Positions 23,085 to 34,067 are shown, counted from the first letter of the stretch. The stretch: DNA of 64,000 nt from an uncultured Gammaproteobacteria bacterium (GCA_963809645.1 CAWEKK010000014.1:23960-87959), one strand, 5' to 3'. Translations and numbers: made by a program. The notes: generated by a model not told the origin, from the letters alone.

Positions 23085-23939
23085 CTAGGAGAACGCCGGC
23101 AACTCGGTGCCGGACGAACCGATCTTGGCTTCTGCAAATCGCCGCGGCAGAGCGGCCAACACTTTGGACCGCAGCGTGTCGCGTCCTGCGGCATCCGCGG
23201 CCTTGAACTTGAGTTCCAGCGTTATGGCGGCGGCGTCGATCTTGGTAAGGAAACAGCCGACCACCGCGGCTTCACCGGCAATGTCGGCTGCCGTACTGCG
23301 CACCAGTTGCCGGGCTGCGTCGATATCGGCATCGCGGTTCAAGCGAATGGTGATCGTCATAGGCCATGGTGCGTAGGTCGTGTTCAGGTTGATCGTCACT
23401 TGACTGGCGGCAATGGCGTTCGGCAGCACGATGAAATGGCCGTCCGGCGCGCGCAACGTCGTGTATCCCAAGGAGATCAGTTCGACGACGCCGATGTCCG
23501 TGCCGGTGGGAGCCGTCACTTGCAGCGTATCGCCCAGGCGAAACGGCCGGTAGATGGCGATGGAAATGCCCGCCACCAGGTTGCCCAGCGTACTTTGCGC
23601 CGCGAGGCCGATGACGACGGAGACGACGCCCGCGCCGGCGAGCAGCGCGTTACCCATGGATCTGAGCATGGGAATGAGGTGTGCATACAGGATCAGCGCC
23701 ACGACCCAGATCAGCACGGAGCCGAACTGCTGCAGGAAGCTGATAGTGGTGCGGTCGAGGTGGCCCCGGCGGGTCATCGACGCATGCACGGCGGCGCGAA
23801 ATACGCGTGAGACGAGCGATGCTGCCAGGACGAAAATTACGAGGTAGATGAGCGCGCCCCACAGCGAATCGGGCTTGAGAAAGGACAGCAGGTCGTGCTC
23901 GCCGAGTTTGACGTCCTCGATCACGGCGGCACCGCTCAT
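23085..23939 (-). CDS. Mechanosensitive ion channel (MscS family) protein
   Basis: TM helices are followed by the MscS signature region GNLVAGISIAIYRPFRLGDTLQV and a beta-domain. ATG 23939 overlaps the merR-like stop by 1 nt (TGATG). Confidence 0.85.
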   Translation of the reverse strand: MSGAAVIEDVKLGEHDLLSFLKPDSLWGALIYLVIFVLAASLVSRVFRAAVHASMTRRGHLDRTTISFLQQFGSVLIWVVALILYAHLIPMLRSMGNALLAGAGVVSVVIGLAAQSTLGNLVAGISIAIYRPFRLGDTLQVTAPTGTDIGVVELISLGYTTLRAPDGHFIVLPNAIAASQVTINLNTTYAPWPMTITIRLNRDADIDAARQLVRSTAADIAGEAAVVGCFLTKIDAAAITLELKFKAADAAGRDTLRSKVLAALPRRFAEAKIGSSGTELPAFS

Positions 23940-24334
23940 CAAGAAATCAGATTGGTAGGCGGCATCGATTTTTCGCAATCTTCAATGCGCAGGCAGCGGC
24001 AGTGGAAACTGTCGTTAAGTATCGCCTTCATTTGCCCCAGCCGGGTCATTTGGGCGTCCAATTCCGCGAGCTTCTTCGCAGCCAGCGCCCGCCAGCGCTC
24101 GGCCGGCGTGGTGGTGATCGGATAGCCGCTGAGAAAGGTCCTGGTTTCCTTCACGGTAAATCCTGCGTCCAAAGCCAGCAAAATTACCCTAATTCGACCC
24201 AGCACCTTGGCATCGTAGATCCGCCGTTTCGAAACCCGCGCCGGCGGGGGCAACAATCCGGCTTTTTCGTAATAGCGCAAGGCCGAGGTGGATAGTCCGG
24301 CACGCCGCGCAACTTCGCCAATCAATAATCCCAC
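23939..24334 (-). CDS. MerR family transcriptional regulator with a SoxR-like C-terminal Cys motif
   Basis: The HTH reads LLIGEVARRAGLSTSALRYYEKAGLL, followed by a coiled-coil region. The C-terminus is SFHCRCLRIEDC, i.e. S-x2-C-x-C-x5-C versus SoxR C-x2-C-x-C-x5-C. GTG start 24334 was chosen; the track ORF runs to 24358. Confidence 0.8.
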   Translation of the reverse strand: MGLLIGEVARRAGLSTSALRYYEKAGLLPPPARVSKRRIYDAKVLGRIRVILLALDAGFTVKETRTFLSGYPITTTPAERWRALAAKKLAELDAQMTRLGQMKAILNDSFHCRCLRIEDCEKSMPPTNLIS

Positions 24335-24343
24335 GAGTTTTCT

Positions 24344-24364
24344 CCAAAGGTGGTCCAAAGGTGG
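24344..24364. repeat. Tandem direct repeat CCAAAGGTGGT / CCAAAGGTGG
   Basis: Seen directly, immediately upstream of the likely merR start in the divergent control region. Confidence 0.6.
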
Positions 24365-24374
24365 CGAGCAGTGC

Positions 24375-24405
24375 TTGACTTGAACCGCACTTCAACTCGT
24401 ACGCT
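24375..24405 (+). promoter_or_regulatory. MerR-type promoter: TTGACT, 19-nt spacer, TACGCT, with dyad TTGAA-N6-TTCAA in the spacer
   Basis: The -35 TTGACT is at 24375-24380 and the -10 TACGCT at 24400-24405. The 19-nt spacer is over-long, as is typical of MerR-activated promoters, and carries an inverted repeat. It points at the methyltransferase remnant. Confidence 0.45.
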
Positions 24406-24437
24406 TTCTCGAGTCCGTCATTAGGGGACCCGCCGTC

Positions 24438-24867
24438 ATGAAATCAGTTCCTTAATCTTGCCGCGTACGCATTTTCGCTGTCGTGCATTTTGCTGTCGGC
24501 GCATGCTGACATCGAGGCACCGGCCATGGAGCGTGCGCTCTCCGATCCTCGGCGGCCCGCGGAGCAAGTCAGGCTCGATGCCACGCGCAAGCCCGGGCCG
24601 TTACTGGTCTTCGCGGGTCTCAAGCCGGGCGATCGCGTCGTGGACTTCATGCCGGGAAACGCCTATTTCACGCGGATCATGAGCGCTATCGTTGGGCCCA
24701 AGGGGCCTCGCCGCCTGCGCACGGAGATCGAAGCTGCGGGCTTCCTGCTGGATGCGCAAAGCGGCGTGCTGCGCAACCCAAAGGACGATCACAAATTGCC
24801 GGTGTTCGACCCCAGCGTGCGCGGCCGCACCGATCAGGTCGTGTACCGATTTCGCAAGCCCGGATGA
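24438..24867 (+). pseudogene. Remnant of a secreted class I SAM-dependent methyltransferase (frame break near 24448 plus internal deletion)
   Basis: Signal peptide MKSV/LNLAAYAFSLSCILLSAHA is followed by a motif I-like VVDFMPGNAYFT. Only about 50 aa follow (EIEAAGF...RNPKDDH...VFDPSVRGRTDQVVYRFRKP), which is too short for the Rossmann fold. Confidence 0.55.
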
Positions 24868-24912
24868 GGGGCTACGGTTTGCCCGCAGCGGCGGCAGGTT
24901 CCAAGATCAACG

Positions 24913-27900
24913 TTATGGCTTGAGCCCTAAAACGCGCAACGCAGCTTCGAGCTGCTCCGCGGTAAAGGGCTTGCTCAAGTATTCGATCGATCGATGCGCG
25001 GCGAATTGGTGCTGCAGCGTCTCCTTGTCGTAGCCGCTCGCGATCACGACCGGCAGAGCGGGATACAGCGTGCGCAGCTCTCTTACCAGGGAATCGCCTT
25101 TCGAATCGGGAAGGCCCAAATCTACGATGGCCGCATCCACCTGGCCTTGCAGCAATGCCAGCTTGCTTTTCGCCGAGGCGGCTGAGGCGGTGACTTCCAC
25201 TTCGAACCCGAGGTCCTCGAGGTGGCTGCGCAACAGCATTTGAATCAGTTCTTCGTCTTCGACCACGAGCACGCGCTGGGCCCGGCTGCGCGTATTCAAT
25301 AGATCGCGAAGCTTCCCGGACAACGCGGCATAGGTAAATGGTTTTGTAATCAGCTGCACGCCGGGATCCAGGCGGCCGTCATGCACGATGGCATTGCGCG
25401 CATAGCCGGTGGTGAACAGCACCTTGAGCCTGGAGTTCAATTTTTGTGCGGCACCGGCGAGCTGCCGGCCGTTCATGCCGCCGGGCAACCCGACGTCGGT
25501 GAACAGCAGGTCGACTTCGGGGTGGGCTCGCAGCGTGTCGAGTGCCGCGGTGCCGTTGCCCGCCTCCAGCACCCGGTATCCCAGCTCGCGCAGAATGCCG
25601 CAGGTATGCGCGCGGACATCGATGTCATCCTCGACCGCGAGAATTGTTTCGCCCTCCTGGGCTTTCGCGATGCTCGCCGCCGGCTCAGTGGATGCGACCG
25701 GATCGTTGGAATAAAGTCGCGGCAAATAAAGTTTGACCGACGTGCCTGACCCGAGCTCGCTGTAGATTTTCACGTGCCCGCCCGACTGCTTCACGAACCC
25801 GTAGACCTGCGACAACCCCAATCCCGTTCCGTGGCCGACATCCTTGGTGGTAAAGAAAGGCTCGAACGCTTTGAGCACGGTTTCGGGTGCCATGCCGATG
25901 CCATTATCGGTCACGGCCAACATGACGTACTGACCCGGAACGACCTCCGCCTGATTGGCGGTATAACGTTCATCGAGCGACACATTCGAGGTTTCAATGG
26001 TGAGTTTGCCGCCGTCGGGCATGGCGTCGCGCGCATTCACCGCGAGATTGATGACGGCCATCTCCAGCTGGTTCGCATCGATGTTGGTGCGCCACAGACC
26101 GCCCGCCAGCACGGTTTCAATCGAGATCTGTTCGCCGATGGTCCGGTGCAATAGATCCGACATTCCGGTCACCAGCCGGCTGACATCGACCGGTTTGGGG
26201 TCAAGCGGCTGCTGGCGCGAAAATGCCAGCAGTCGCTGGGTCAGCGAAGCCGCGCGCTGCGCGCCGCGCATCGCACTCTCGACCAACCGCTCGATGTTGC
26301 CGGCGTCGAATCCAGGCTGTTTAATCTGCCGCCGCAATGTCTCGAGGCTGCCGACGATGATGGTCAGGAGATTGTTGAAATCGTGCGCCACGCCGCCGGT
26401 CAATTGACCGATGCCCTCCATTTTTTGCGCCTGCCGCAACGCCTCTTCCGCTGAGCGCCGTTCGGTGGTCTCCACTCCTTCGGGAACTATGGCAATTACT
26501 TTATTTTGACTATCCCGTACCGGCCGCATTTGGAAGTCGAACCAGCGCCAGCCGCCTTGCGGCAGGTTGATGTAGATTTCCTGCCGCACGATCTCGCCCG
26601 CGGCGACGCGCGGAACGGCGCTGCGCACCACATCCGTCATTCCCGGCGTGCCGCTGATCCACGGGGTCTCCCACAACGGCTTGCCGACGACGTCCTGCAA
26701 TTGCGCTTGGATGCCGGCGAGGGAGGTGGCGTTGGCATCCAGCACGGTGCCGTCGGTGGACAGATAGCCTTGATACGTGTAGCTGGTGCCGAAAATGGTG
26801 CGTAGCTGAGCTTCCTTGCCGCGCAGTTCGGCGGTGCGATCGGCGACCTGCTTTTCGAGCGACTCGTTCACACGGCGTAAGGCCTCTGCGGATTCCTGGC
26901 GCACCGTTGCCAAATCCAAATTGGCACGGACCCGCGCTATCAACTCCCGCGCGCTGAAGGGCTTGACCAAGTAGTCGTTGGCACCGGCTGCGAACCCTTC
27001 GACCTTCGCTTCCTCGCCGGCGCGCGCCGACAACAGCAGCACCGGGACGTCGCGCAAATCCGGATCCTGGCGCATCGCCGCGAGCAATCCGAAGCCATCC
27101 AACTCTCGGCATCATGACATCCGAGAGGACGAGGTCGGGCTTGCGTTGCCGTGCCGCCGCCAATGCCTGTTCTCCATCGGCGACTGCGGCCACTTGAAAG
27201 CCCGCGCTTTGCAGCAGCTTCTGCAAGTAGGTGCGCATATCGATGTTGTCGTCGGCAATGAGCACGCTCTGCCCGGCGGCGCTCAGAATGGACTGGCGGC
27301 GCGCTGAATTCCACCGCGGCAGCGCTCGCCGCCTGTATTTCGCGAGAGGTATCGGCCAACCAACTGAGGGCCTCGTCGACATAAGCCTGCGCGCGACTCT
27401 CCCCGGCGTGCTGCGCCCGCGCCATGCCGATCCTGTCGGCCGGCAAATGCCCGCTGCCGAACGGCAGCGATACGGTCAACGCAGTGCCGCGGTCGACCTC
27501 GCTCTCGACACCGATGCTGCCGCCATGGACCCTGACCAGTTCTTGAACCAGGGCCAACCCGATACCGCTGCCCTCGATCGAACGGCCGCGCGCGCCTTCC
27601 ACCCGGCGGAATCGGTCGAATAAGTGCGGAAGCTCCGACACCGGTATGCCGGTGCCGGTGTCGCGTATGGTAACTTCGGCGCGCTGACCGTCGAGGGAGC
27701 TGCGAATCTCGACTGCGATTGAGCCGTCGAAGGTGAACTTGAATGCATTCGAGAGCAGGTTGAGGACGATTTTTTCCCACATGTCCCGGTCCAGATAGAC
27801 CGGCTGCGGCAGCGGCGCGCAACTCGCCACGAGCCGAAGTCCCGCCTTCTCGATCGCTGAGCGGAAATTCGAGGCAAGTTCCGTGGTGTAAGCGGCCAGA

Positions 27901-29189
27901 TCGACCGGCTCGAAGAAGGCCTGCACGCGGCCGGCTTCGATGCGCGAAAAATCCAATAGCGTATTCACCAGCTTCAGCAGGCGGACGCCGTTGCGGTGGG
28001 CGATGCGCACCAGCTGGCGATGATCCTGCAGCGGCAGGTCGTCGGCTCGATTCAGTACATCCTCGAGCGGACCCAGCATCAGCGTCAACGGGGTTCGAAA
28101 TTCATGGCTGACATTCGAGAAAAAGGCGGTCTTGGCGCGATCCAGCTCCGTCAAGGCATCCGCGCGCCGCCAGGCCTCTTGGTAGGCTCGAGCATTGGCG
28201 AGTCCCGAGGTGATCTGCCCGGCAACCAGATTGATGAATCCCAAATACGCATCGTCCATGCGCCGATAGGGGTTGATGCCGGCGACGAGAAAACCGGCGA
28301 GTTCATCCTGACCCTGCTGCGCGATGGGCGCGATGATGGCCTCGCGAGGCGGCTTGTCCCATGCTCCCGTCGGAATTGCCGCAAAGCGCTCTTTCAGGTC
28401 GCTGAGGTTCAATACGGTCCTGCGCGACAGGATTTCATCCGCCGGCCACACCGGATCGGAGCCGCCGGACTCAATGCACGGCGGAGCCATGGGGTGACCT
28501 GGGTCGATGCCGCTGGCGCAAGACAATCGGGCGTTTCCCTGTTCGTCGAACAGATAAGTCATGGTGAACGGCAGATCTCTCTGGTTGCAGCTCAATTGAC
28601 GCTGCAATGCCTGGAGCACCGATGCCATGGTGTTGTTGCTTGCGACCTCTGCGGCAATTTCCCGCAAGCTCAAGAGGCGCCGCTCGCCGATGATGCGTTC
28701 GGTTTCTTCGGTCACCACGCACAGCATGCCGACGATCCTGCCGTCGTCGTCGGCCAGGGGTGAATATGAAAATGTGTGGTAGGTTTCTTCCGGATAGCCG
28801 CTGCGTTCCAGAAAAAGCAGCAGACCCTCGTCCCAGGTCGCGTCGCCGTTCTTGAGGACATGCTCGATGCGCGGGCCGATATCCGGCCAGATTTCCTTCC
28901 ACACCTCGCGCGCGGACGCCCCGAGCGCCCATTGCTGCTTCACGCCGAGGGTCGGACCATAGGCGTCGTTGTAGAACATGGTGAGTTGCGGTCCCCAGCA
29001 CATCCACATTTGATAGCGCGAGGTGAGCAGGATGCGCACGACAGTTTTGAGGCTCTGGGGCCACAACTCCGGGGCCCCCAGCGGGGTCTCTTCCCAGCGC
29101 TTCGCGCGCATGAGTTTTCCGGCCACGCCGCCGCCAGCCAGGAAATCCGCTCCAGGGGCAGGGGCTGCCGGCTTTCTTTGTGAGGACAT
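24913..29189 (-). pseudogene. Giant hybrid sensor kinase: PAS-like/GAF, HisKA-HATPase, REC, PAS, HisKA-HATPase, REC, REC; two frame breaks
   Basis: First core: FSNVSHEFRTPLT...DTGTGIP...GSGIGLALV. REC1: VLIADDN...DLVLSDVMMP / DGFGLL. Second core: GGVAHDFNNLL...TDNGIGM...GTGLGLSQV. Two further REC domains follow. Breaks lie near 27300 and 27103. Confidence 0.85.
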
Positions 29190-29314
29190 AGCTTTCCGAA
29201 CTGCACCAAATGCGCCGCTACCGCAGCGCGATAATTTTATTTCATTTCTTTAGAAGCGTGCAGACCGGCAGGCTTCGCGTTCACAATATCACTATTGCAA
29301 CGCAGCATGACTGT

Positions 29315-30892
29315 TCAGCTGTTGGTGGGGCGGCGTGCAATCCAAAACGCGCCGCCCAGAAGTCCCAACGAAGCAGCCAGGCACAGATAGGCAAACAGGT
29401 TGCCCACTGCAACAAATACCGTGTGCCCCCCGGACATTTTCGGGGCCGCCACCAGCACGCCATCCGCGCCGCGCGGGTTGCGGTACGGATCGTTTGCGTA
29501 GGTTTTCCGAACCACCCGGCCGTTGGGGTCAATGAGCGCGGAAACGCCGGAATTGACCGCGCGCACCATGCTGACGCGCAGCTCCACGCTGGCGAATACC
29601 GCCAGCGCCATGTGTTCCCACGGCTCGGTGTCCGCGCCAAACCACGAATCGCTGGTCAAATTGACCAGCAGGTTTGGATGCAGCTGTCCGACCCCGCGCA
29701 GGAACCCTTCCAAGATGTCCTCGTAGCAAATTACCGGCCCCAATCGCCAGGTGTCGCCCCGCGGCCCCTGCATAGTGATCACGCCCGGACCCGTGCCTGC
29801 GGTAAAGCGTCCGGCGCCGGCCGGCAGAAATTTTCGCAGCCAGGGAAAGGTTTCGATGCCGGGTACGTACTCGCCGAACGCCAGCAGCCGTACTTTGTCG
29901 TAACGGCCCGCCACCCTGCCGTCGCGGTCAAGGAGTATTGCGGAGTTGAAGGCATCCTCGTGGATCGCGTCGTACATCTCGGCCCCGATCAGGGTGGGTA
30001 CGCTGAACCCGCGGCGGATCATCGCCAATGAATCGGCGGAGAAATCGGCGCTGAAATCGCGCGGCACCGCGACCGGAAAACTCCCCTCGCTCCACACCAG
30101 CAGCTGTGCGCCATCCTTTTCAAGGCGGCGCGATTGTTCTTGCAGGGCGGTCAACTGGCGCAGCGCCTCATCGCGCGAGAACTCGCCATTGATGGTGTAG
30201 GCAAAATTCGGTTGGATCAGGCCGATTTCGAGGCGCGGCGCGCGCGCGATCAGCGCGTCGGTTTGACGCATGCGCACCGCGCCGAAAATGAGCGCGGCCG
30301 CCAGCAGCACTGCCGAGGCAATGCCCGGATAGCGCGCGGCGCGCCGGTTCAGCATGAGATCGTAAAGCGAGCCGTTGATCATCATGAGCAATGCGGTGAC
30401 GCCCAATGGTCCGGTCAACTCGCTGACTTGAATGACGAGAGGGTTCCACGCCTGGCTGATCCATTGGCCGCAAGGAAACAGCTGCGGCACGAGCAGCTCG
30501 CAGCTGACCATGGCGATGGGTCCGAGCAGCGTCATCGGCACCCGTAGCCGCTTGCGAATGGGGACCACGGCCGCCGTGAACAACAAAAAGATGATGGCAC
30601 GCGTCGCGCAAAAGAGCAGGAACACCAGAGCCGCTCCGATCCAGGGAAAATCGGCGAAGCGACGCATGACATCGATCAGCCAGTAAAATCCCCCGGCCGT
30701 CTCGATCAGTCCGGCCCACCAACCAAAGAATAGCGCGCGGCGAAAACTTCCCGCCCGTTCAACGGCCATGAACATCGGCACCGCCGCAATCCAGGCAAGC
30801 AGGGAAAAATCAAAGGGTGTGACACTCAAGAACCACAAGCAACCGCTCAAGGTACTCAAGCCCAACGCGCCATAAAAATTTAAGTTTCGCAT
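29315..30892 (-). CDS. Apolipoprotein N-acyltransferase paralog (intact)
   Basis: Polytopic N-terminus plus a CN-hydrolase domain with E (LLVWSEGSF), K (RYDKVRLLAFGEYVP) and C (GPVICYEDI). Start chosen at ATG 30892 (MRNLNFY...); the track start 30952 is a TTG 2 nt from the leuS ATG. Confidence 0.8.
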   Translation of the reverse strand: MRNLNFYGALGLSTLSGCLWFLSVTPFDFSLLAWIAAVPMFMAVERAGSFRRALFFGWWAGLIETAGGFYWLIDVMRRFADFPWIGAALVFLLFCATRAIIFLLFTAAVVPIRKRLRVPMTLLGPIAMVSCELLVPQLFPCGQWISQAWNPLVIQVSELTGPLGVTALLMMINGSLYDLMLNRRAARYPGIASAVLLAAALIFGAVRMRQTDALIARAPRLEIGLIQPNFAYTINGEFSRDEALRQLTALQEQSRRLEKDGAQLLVWSEGSFPVAVPRDFSADFSADSLAMIRRGFSVPTLIGAEMYDAIHEDAFNSAILLDRDGRVAGRYDKVRLLAFGEYVPGIETFPWLRKFLPAGAGRFTAGTGPGVITMQGPRGDTWRLGPVICYEDILEGFLRGVGQLHPNLLVNLTSDSWFGADTEPWEHMALAVFASVELRVSMVRAVNSGVSALIDPNGRVVRKTYANDPYRNPRGADGVLVAAPKMSGGHTVFVAVGNLFAYLCLAASLGLLGGAFWIARRPTNS

Positions 30893-30954
30893 GCGACCTT
30901 TGGTTGACTGCAGTTCGCGGCCGCCCGGCATCTCGGGTATTCTGAGGCCCAATC

Positions 30955-33546
30955 ATGCAAGAAAGATACGAACCCGCCGCTGTTGAAGCGGAGGCACAGC
31001 GCTATTGGGACCGACAGCATAGTTTCGAGGCCAAGGAAGACGACAGCCGCGAAAAATATTATTGCCTGTGCATGTTTCCCTATCCCAGCGGCCGCCTGCA
31101 CATGGGGCATGTGCGCAATTACACCATAGGCGACGCGCTGACGCGATTCATGCGCATGAACGGGCGCAATGTGCTGCAGCCCATGGGTTGGGATGCGTTC
31201 GGATTGCCCGCCGAAAACGCTGCCATCGCCAACGGCGTGCCGCCCGCGAAATGGACCTTCGACAACATTGCCCACATGAAGGCGCAGCTCAAATCCCTGG
31301 GCTATGGACTGGATTGGAACCGCGAACTGACCACCTGCCGCCCGGAATACTACCGCTGGAATCAGTGGCTGTTCCTGCGCATGCTGGAAAAAGGCATCGC
31401 CTACCAGAAGACCGGCGTCGTCAATTGGGATCCGGTCGACAAAACCGTGCTGGCGAACGAACAGGTAATCGACGGCCGAGGTTGGCGCACCGGCGCGATC
31501 GTCGAAAAGCGCGAGATCCCGATGTACTACCTGAAGATCACGGCCTACGCCGAGGATCTGCTCGATGCCCTGAAGAGCATGCAGGATTGGCCGGAGCGGG
31601 TGCGCATCATGCAGGCCAATTGGATCGGGCGCAGCGAGGGAGTCCGTCTGGGTTTTCCGCACGATATCGGCGACGGCGGCGTGCTCCATGCGTTCACCAC
31701 GCGGGCCGATACCCTGATGGGCGCGACGTTTTGTGCGGTCGCCGCCGAACATTCGCTGGCCGCCTTCGCCGCGCAGGGTAATGCCAAGCTGGCGGCCTTC
31801 ATCGAGGAGTGCAAACGCGGCCCCGCGGTCGAGGCTGAGCTCGCCACCCAGGAAAAAAAGGGCATGGCCACCGGTCTATACGTCCGGCATCCCATCAGCG
31901 GCGAGCCCGTGCCCGTCTGGGTCGGCAACTACGTGCTGATGAGCTACGGCGATGGCGCGGTCATGGGCGTGCCGGCGCACGATGAGCGCGATTTCGAATT
32001 CGCCAAGAAATATCAGCTGCCGATCAAGCAGGTGATCGATGTGCAGGGGCGCCCGTATTCGACCGCAGCCTGGGAACCGTGGTACTCCGAGCACGGCCGT
32101 TGCGTGAATTCCGGACCGTACGACGGCTTGGACTATCAGGCCGCGGTCGATGCCGTCGCCCGGGACTTGAGCGCCGCAGGTTTGGGCGAGAAACGGACTA
32201 CCTGGCGACTGCGCGACTGGGGGATTTCGCGGCAACGATATTGGGGCTGCCCGATTCCCATCATCCATTGCAAGGCTTGCGGTGCGGTGCCGGTGCCGGA
32301 TGAGCAGCTGCCGGTGGTGTTGCCGGTCGACCTGGTACCCGACGGCAGCGGCAACCCGTTGCTGAAGGACGAGCGCTTCCTTGCCGTCAAGTGTCCGAAG
32401 TGCGGCGCCGACGCGCGCCGCGAGACGGATACGATGGACACGTTCGTCGATTCATCGTGGTATTTCTTGCGGTTCGCCTGTGCAGACAATGATCAGGCCA
32501 TGGTGGATTACCGCGTTCAATATTGGCTGCCGGTCGATCAGTACATCGGCGGCATTGAACATGCCATTTTGCATCTCTTGTATGCGCGCTTCTGGACGCG
32601 CTTCATGAGAGATATGGGCGCGCTTTCGTTTAAAGAACCGTTTGCGCGCCTGTTCACCCAGGGCATGGTGCTGAACGAGGTCTTCTTCCGCAAGCCTGAA
32701 TCGGGCCGCGTGCAGTACTTCAATCCCGCCGACGTGACCGTCACGACCGACAAGAACACCCAGCGCCGTGTTGCCGTGCTGCGCAGCGATGGCCAGGAGG
32801 TCGAATCGGGCGGCGTGGTTACGATGTCCAAGTCAAAGAACAATGGCGTCGATCCGCAGGTGCTGGTGGACGAATTCGGCGCCGACACTGCGCGGCTGTT
32901 CATGATGTTTGCGGCGCCCCCGGAACAGACGCTGGAATGGTCCGATGAGGGCGTGCAGGGTGCGTTTCGTTTCATCAAGCGCCTCTGGAAAGCCGTTCAC
33001 GATCATGTTTCGCGGGGTGCGGCACCGCCTCTCGACAAGTCCTCACTGACCGAGGCGCAGCGAACTCTTCGCCGCCAGTCGCACCAGACGCTCGCGAAAG
33101 TCACCGACGACGTGGGCCGCCGCCGTACCTTCAACACCGCCATTGCGGCGGTCATGGAGCTTTTGAATGCGGTCGCAAAATTCCCGCAGACCGCACCGCA
33201 GGACCGCAGCGTCGCGCAGGAGGCTCTGGAGATTGCGGTGATGACGCTATCTCCCATCATCCCGCATGTCACGCACGCGCTATGGAAGGAGTTGGGTCAT
33301 CGCACCGGGCTTATCGATGAGCTTTGGCGGGAAGCCGATGCCGGGGCGCTGCAATCGGCCACCGTGCAGATGGTTGTACAGGTGAACGGCAAGTTGCGCG
33401 CGCATATCACCGTTGCGGTGGGCGCCGACGAAGCCGCGGTGCGCGGCGCGGCGCTGGCCGACGCCAATGTCCGGAAGTTCATCGGCACTTCGGCGGTGCG
33501 CAAAGTGATCATCGTGCCCGGCAAGCTCGTGAACATCGTGGTGTAA
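30955..33546 (+). CDS. leuS: Leucine--tRNA ligase
   Basis: 863 aa, uninterrupted. It has the HIGH-type motif ([15 protein letters not shown]), the editing domain and the KMSKS motif (VTMSKSKNN). Confidence 0.97.
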   Translation: MQERYEPAAVEAEAQRYWDRQHSFEAKEDDSREKYYCLCMFPYPSGRLHMGHVRNYTIGDALTRFMRMNGRNVLQPMGWDAFGLPAENAAIANGVPPAKWTFDNIAHMKAQLKSLGYGLDWNRELTTCRPEYYRWNQWLFLRMLEKGIAYQKTGVVNWDPVDKTVLANEQVIDGRGWRTGAIVEKREIPMYYLKITAYAEDLLDALKSMQDWPERVRIMQANWIGRSEGVRLGFPHDIGDGGVLHAFTTRADTLMGATFCAVAAEHSLAAFAAQGNAKLAAFIEECKRGPAVEAELATQEKKGMATGLYVRHPISGEPVPVWVGNYVLMSYGDGAVMGVPAHDERDFEFAKKYQLPIKQVIDVQGRPYSTAAWEPWYSEHGRCVNSGPYDGLDYQAAVDAVARDLSAAGLGEKRTTWRLRDWGISRQRYWGCPIPIIHCKACGAVPVPDEQLPVVLPVDLVPDGSGNPLLKDERFLAVKCPKCGADARRETDTMDTFVDSSWYFLRFACADNDQAMVDYRVQYWLPVDQYIGGIEHAILHLLYARFWTRFMRDMGALSFKEPFARLFTQGMVLNEVFFRKPESGRVQYFNPADVTVTTDKNTQRRVAVLRSDGQEVESGGVVTMSKSKNNGVDPQVLVDEFGADTARLFMMFAAPPEQTLEWSDEGVQGAFRFIKRLWKAVHDHVSRGAAPPLDKSSLTEAQRTLRRQSHQTLAKVTDDVGRRRTFNTAIAAVMELLNAVAKFPQTAPQDRSVAQEALEIAVMTLSPIIPHVTHALWKELGHRTGLIDELWREADAGALQSATVQMVVQVNGKLRAHITVAVGADEAAVRGAALADANVRKFIGTSAVRKVIIVPGKLVNIVV

Positions 33547-33552
33547 TGAGCT

Positions 33553-34038
33553 GTGGTCACCGCAAGAGAGTGTATTTTACTGTGCGTGTGCGCGCTGACC
33601 GGCTGCGGCTTTCGCTTGGCGGGCAGCGATCCGCTGCCGGCGGTCATGGCGCGCCCTTATTTATCTCTGAAGGATCCCTATACGGATTTCTCGCGCGAAT
33701 TTGAGCATCAGCTCAAAACTTCCGGCGCGGCTCCGCAGTTGACGCGCGAAGGGGCAACGGCGACCGTCGATGTCACCAAGGATCTGGTGCAGCAACGCAC
33801 GCTCGCCGTTTCGGCCAAGAACATTCCCACGGAATATGAACTTACCTACACCGTGACGTTCAGCGTGCACGGCTCGGGCAAGGAGCTGCTGGCGCCGCAG
33901 ACGATCAGCTTGTCGAAGGATTTCAGCTACGACGAGACGCTGCAGCTCGCCAAGGAGCACGAAGCCGATATCCTGCGCCAGCAAATGGCGCGCGACCTGG
34001 TATCCATTGCCATGCGCAGACTGACGAGCTTGAAGTAG
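33553..34038 (+). CDS. lptE: LPS-assembly lipoprotein LptE
   Basis: 161 aa with a lipobox (CALTGC|GFRLAG), in the canonical position directly after leuS. Confidence 0.8.
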   Translation: MVTARECILLCVCALTGCGFRLAGSDPLPAVMARPYLSLKDPYTDFSREFEHQLKTSGAAPQLTREGATATVDVTKDLVQQRTLAVSAKNIPTEYELTYTVTFSVHGSGKELLAPQTISLSKDFSYDETLQLAKEHEADILRQQMARDLVSIAMRRLTSLK

Positions 34039-34067
34039 CGCTGGAGGACGATTCCACGGTGCTCTTG

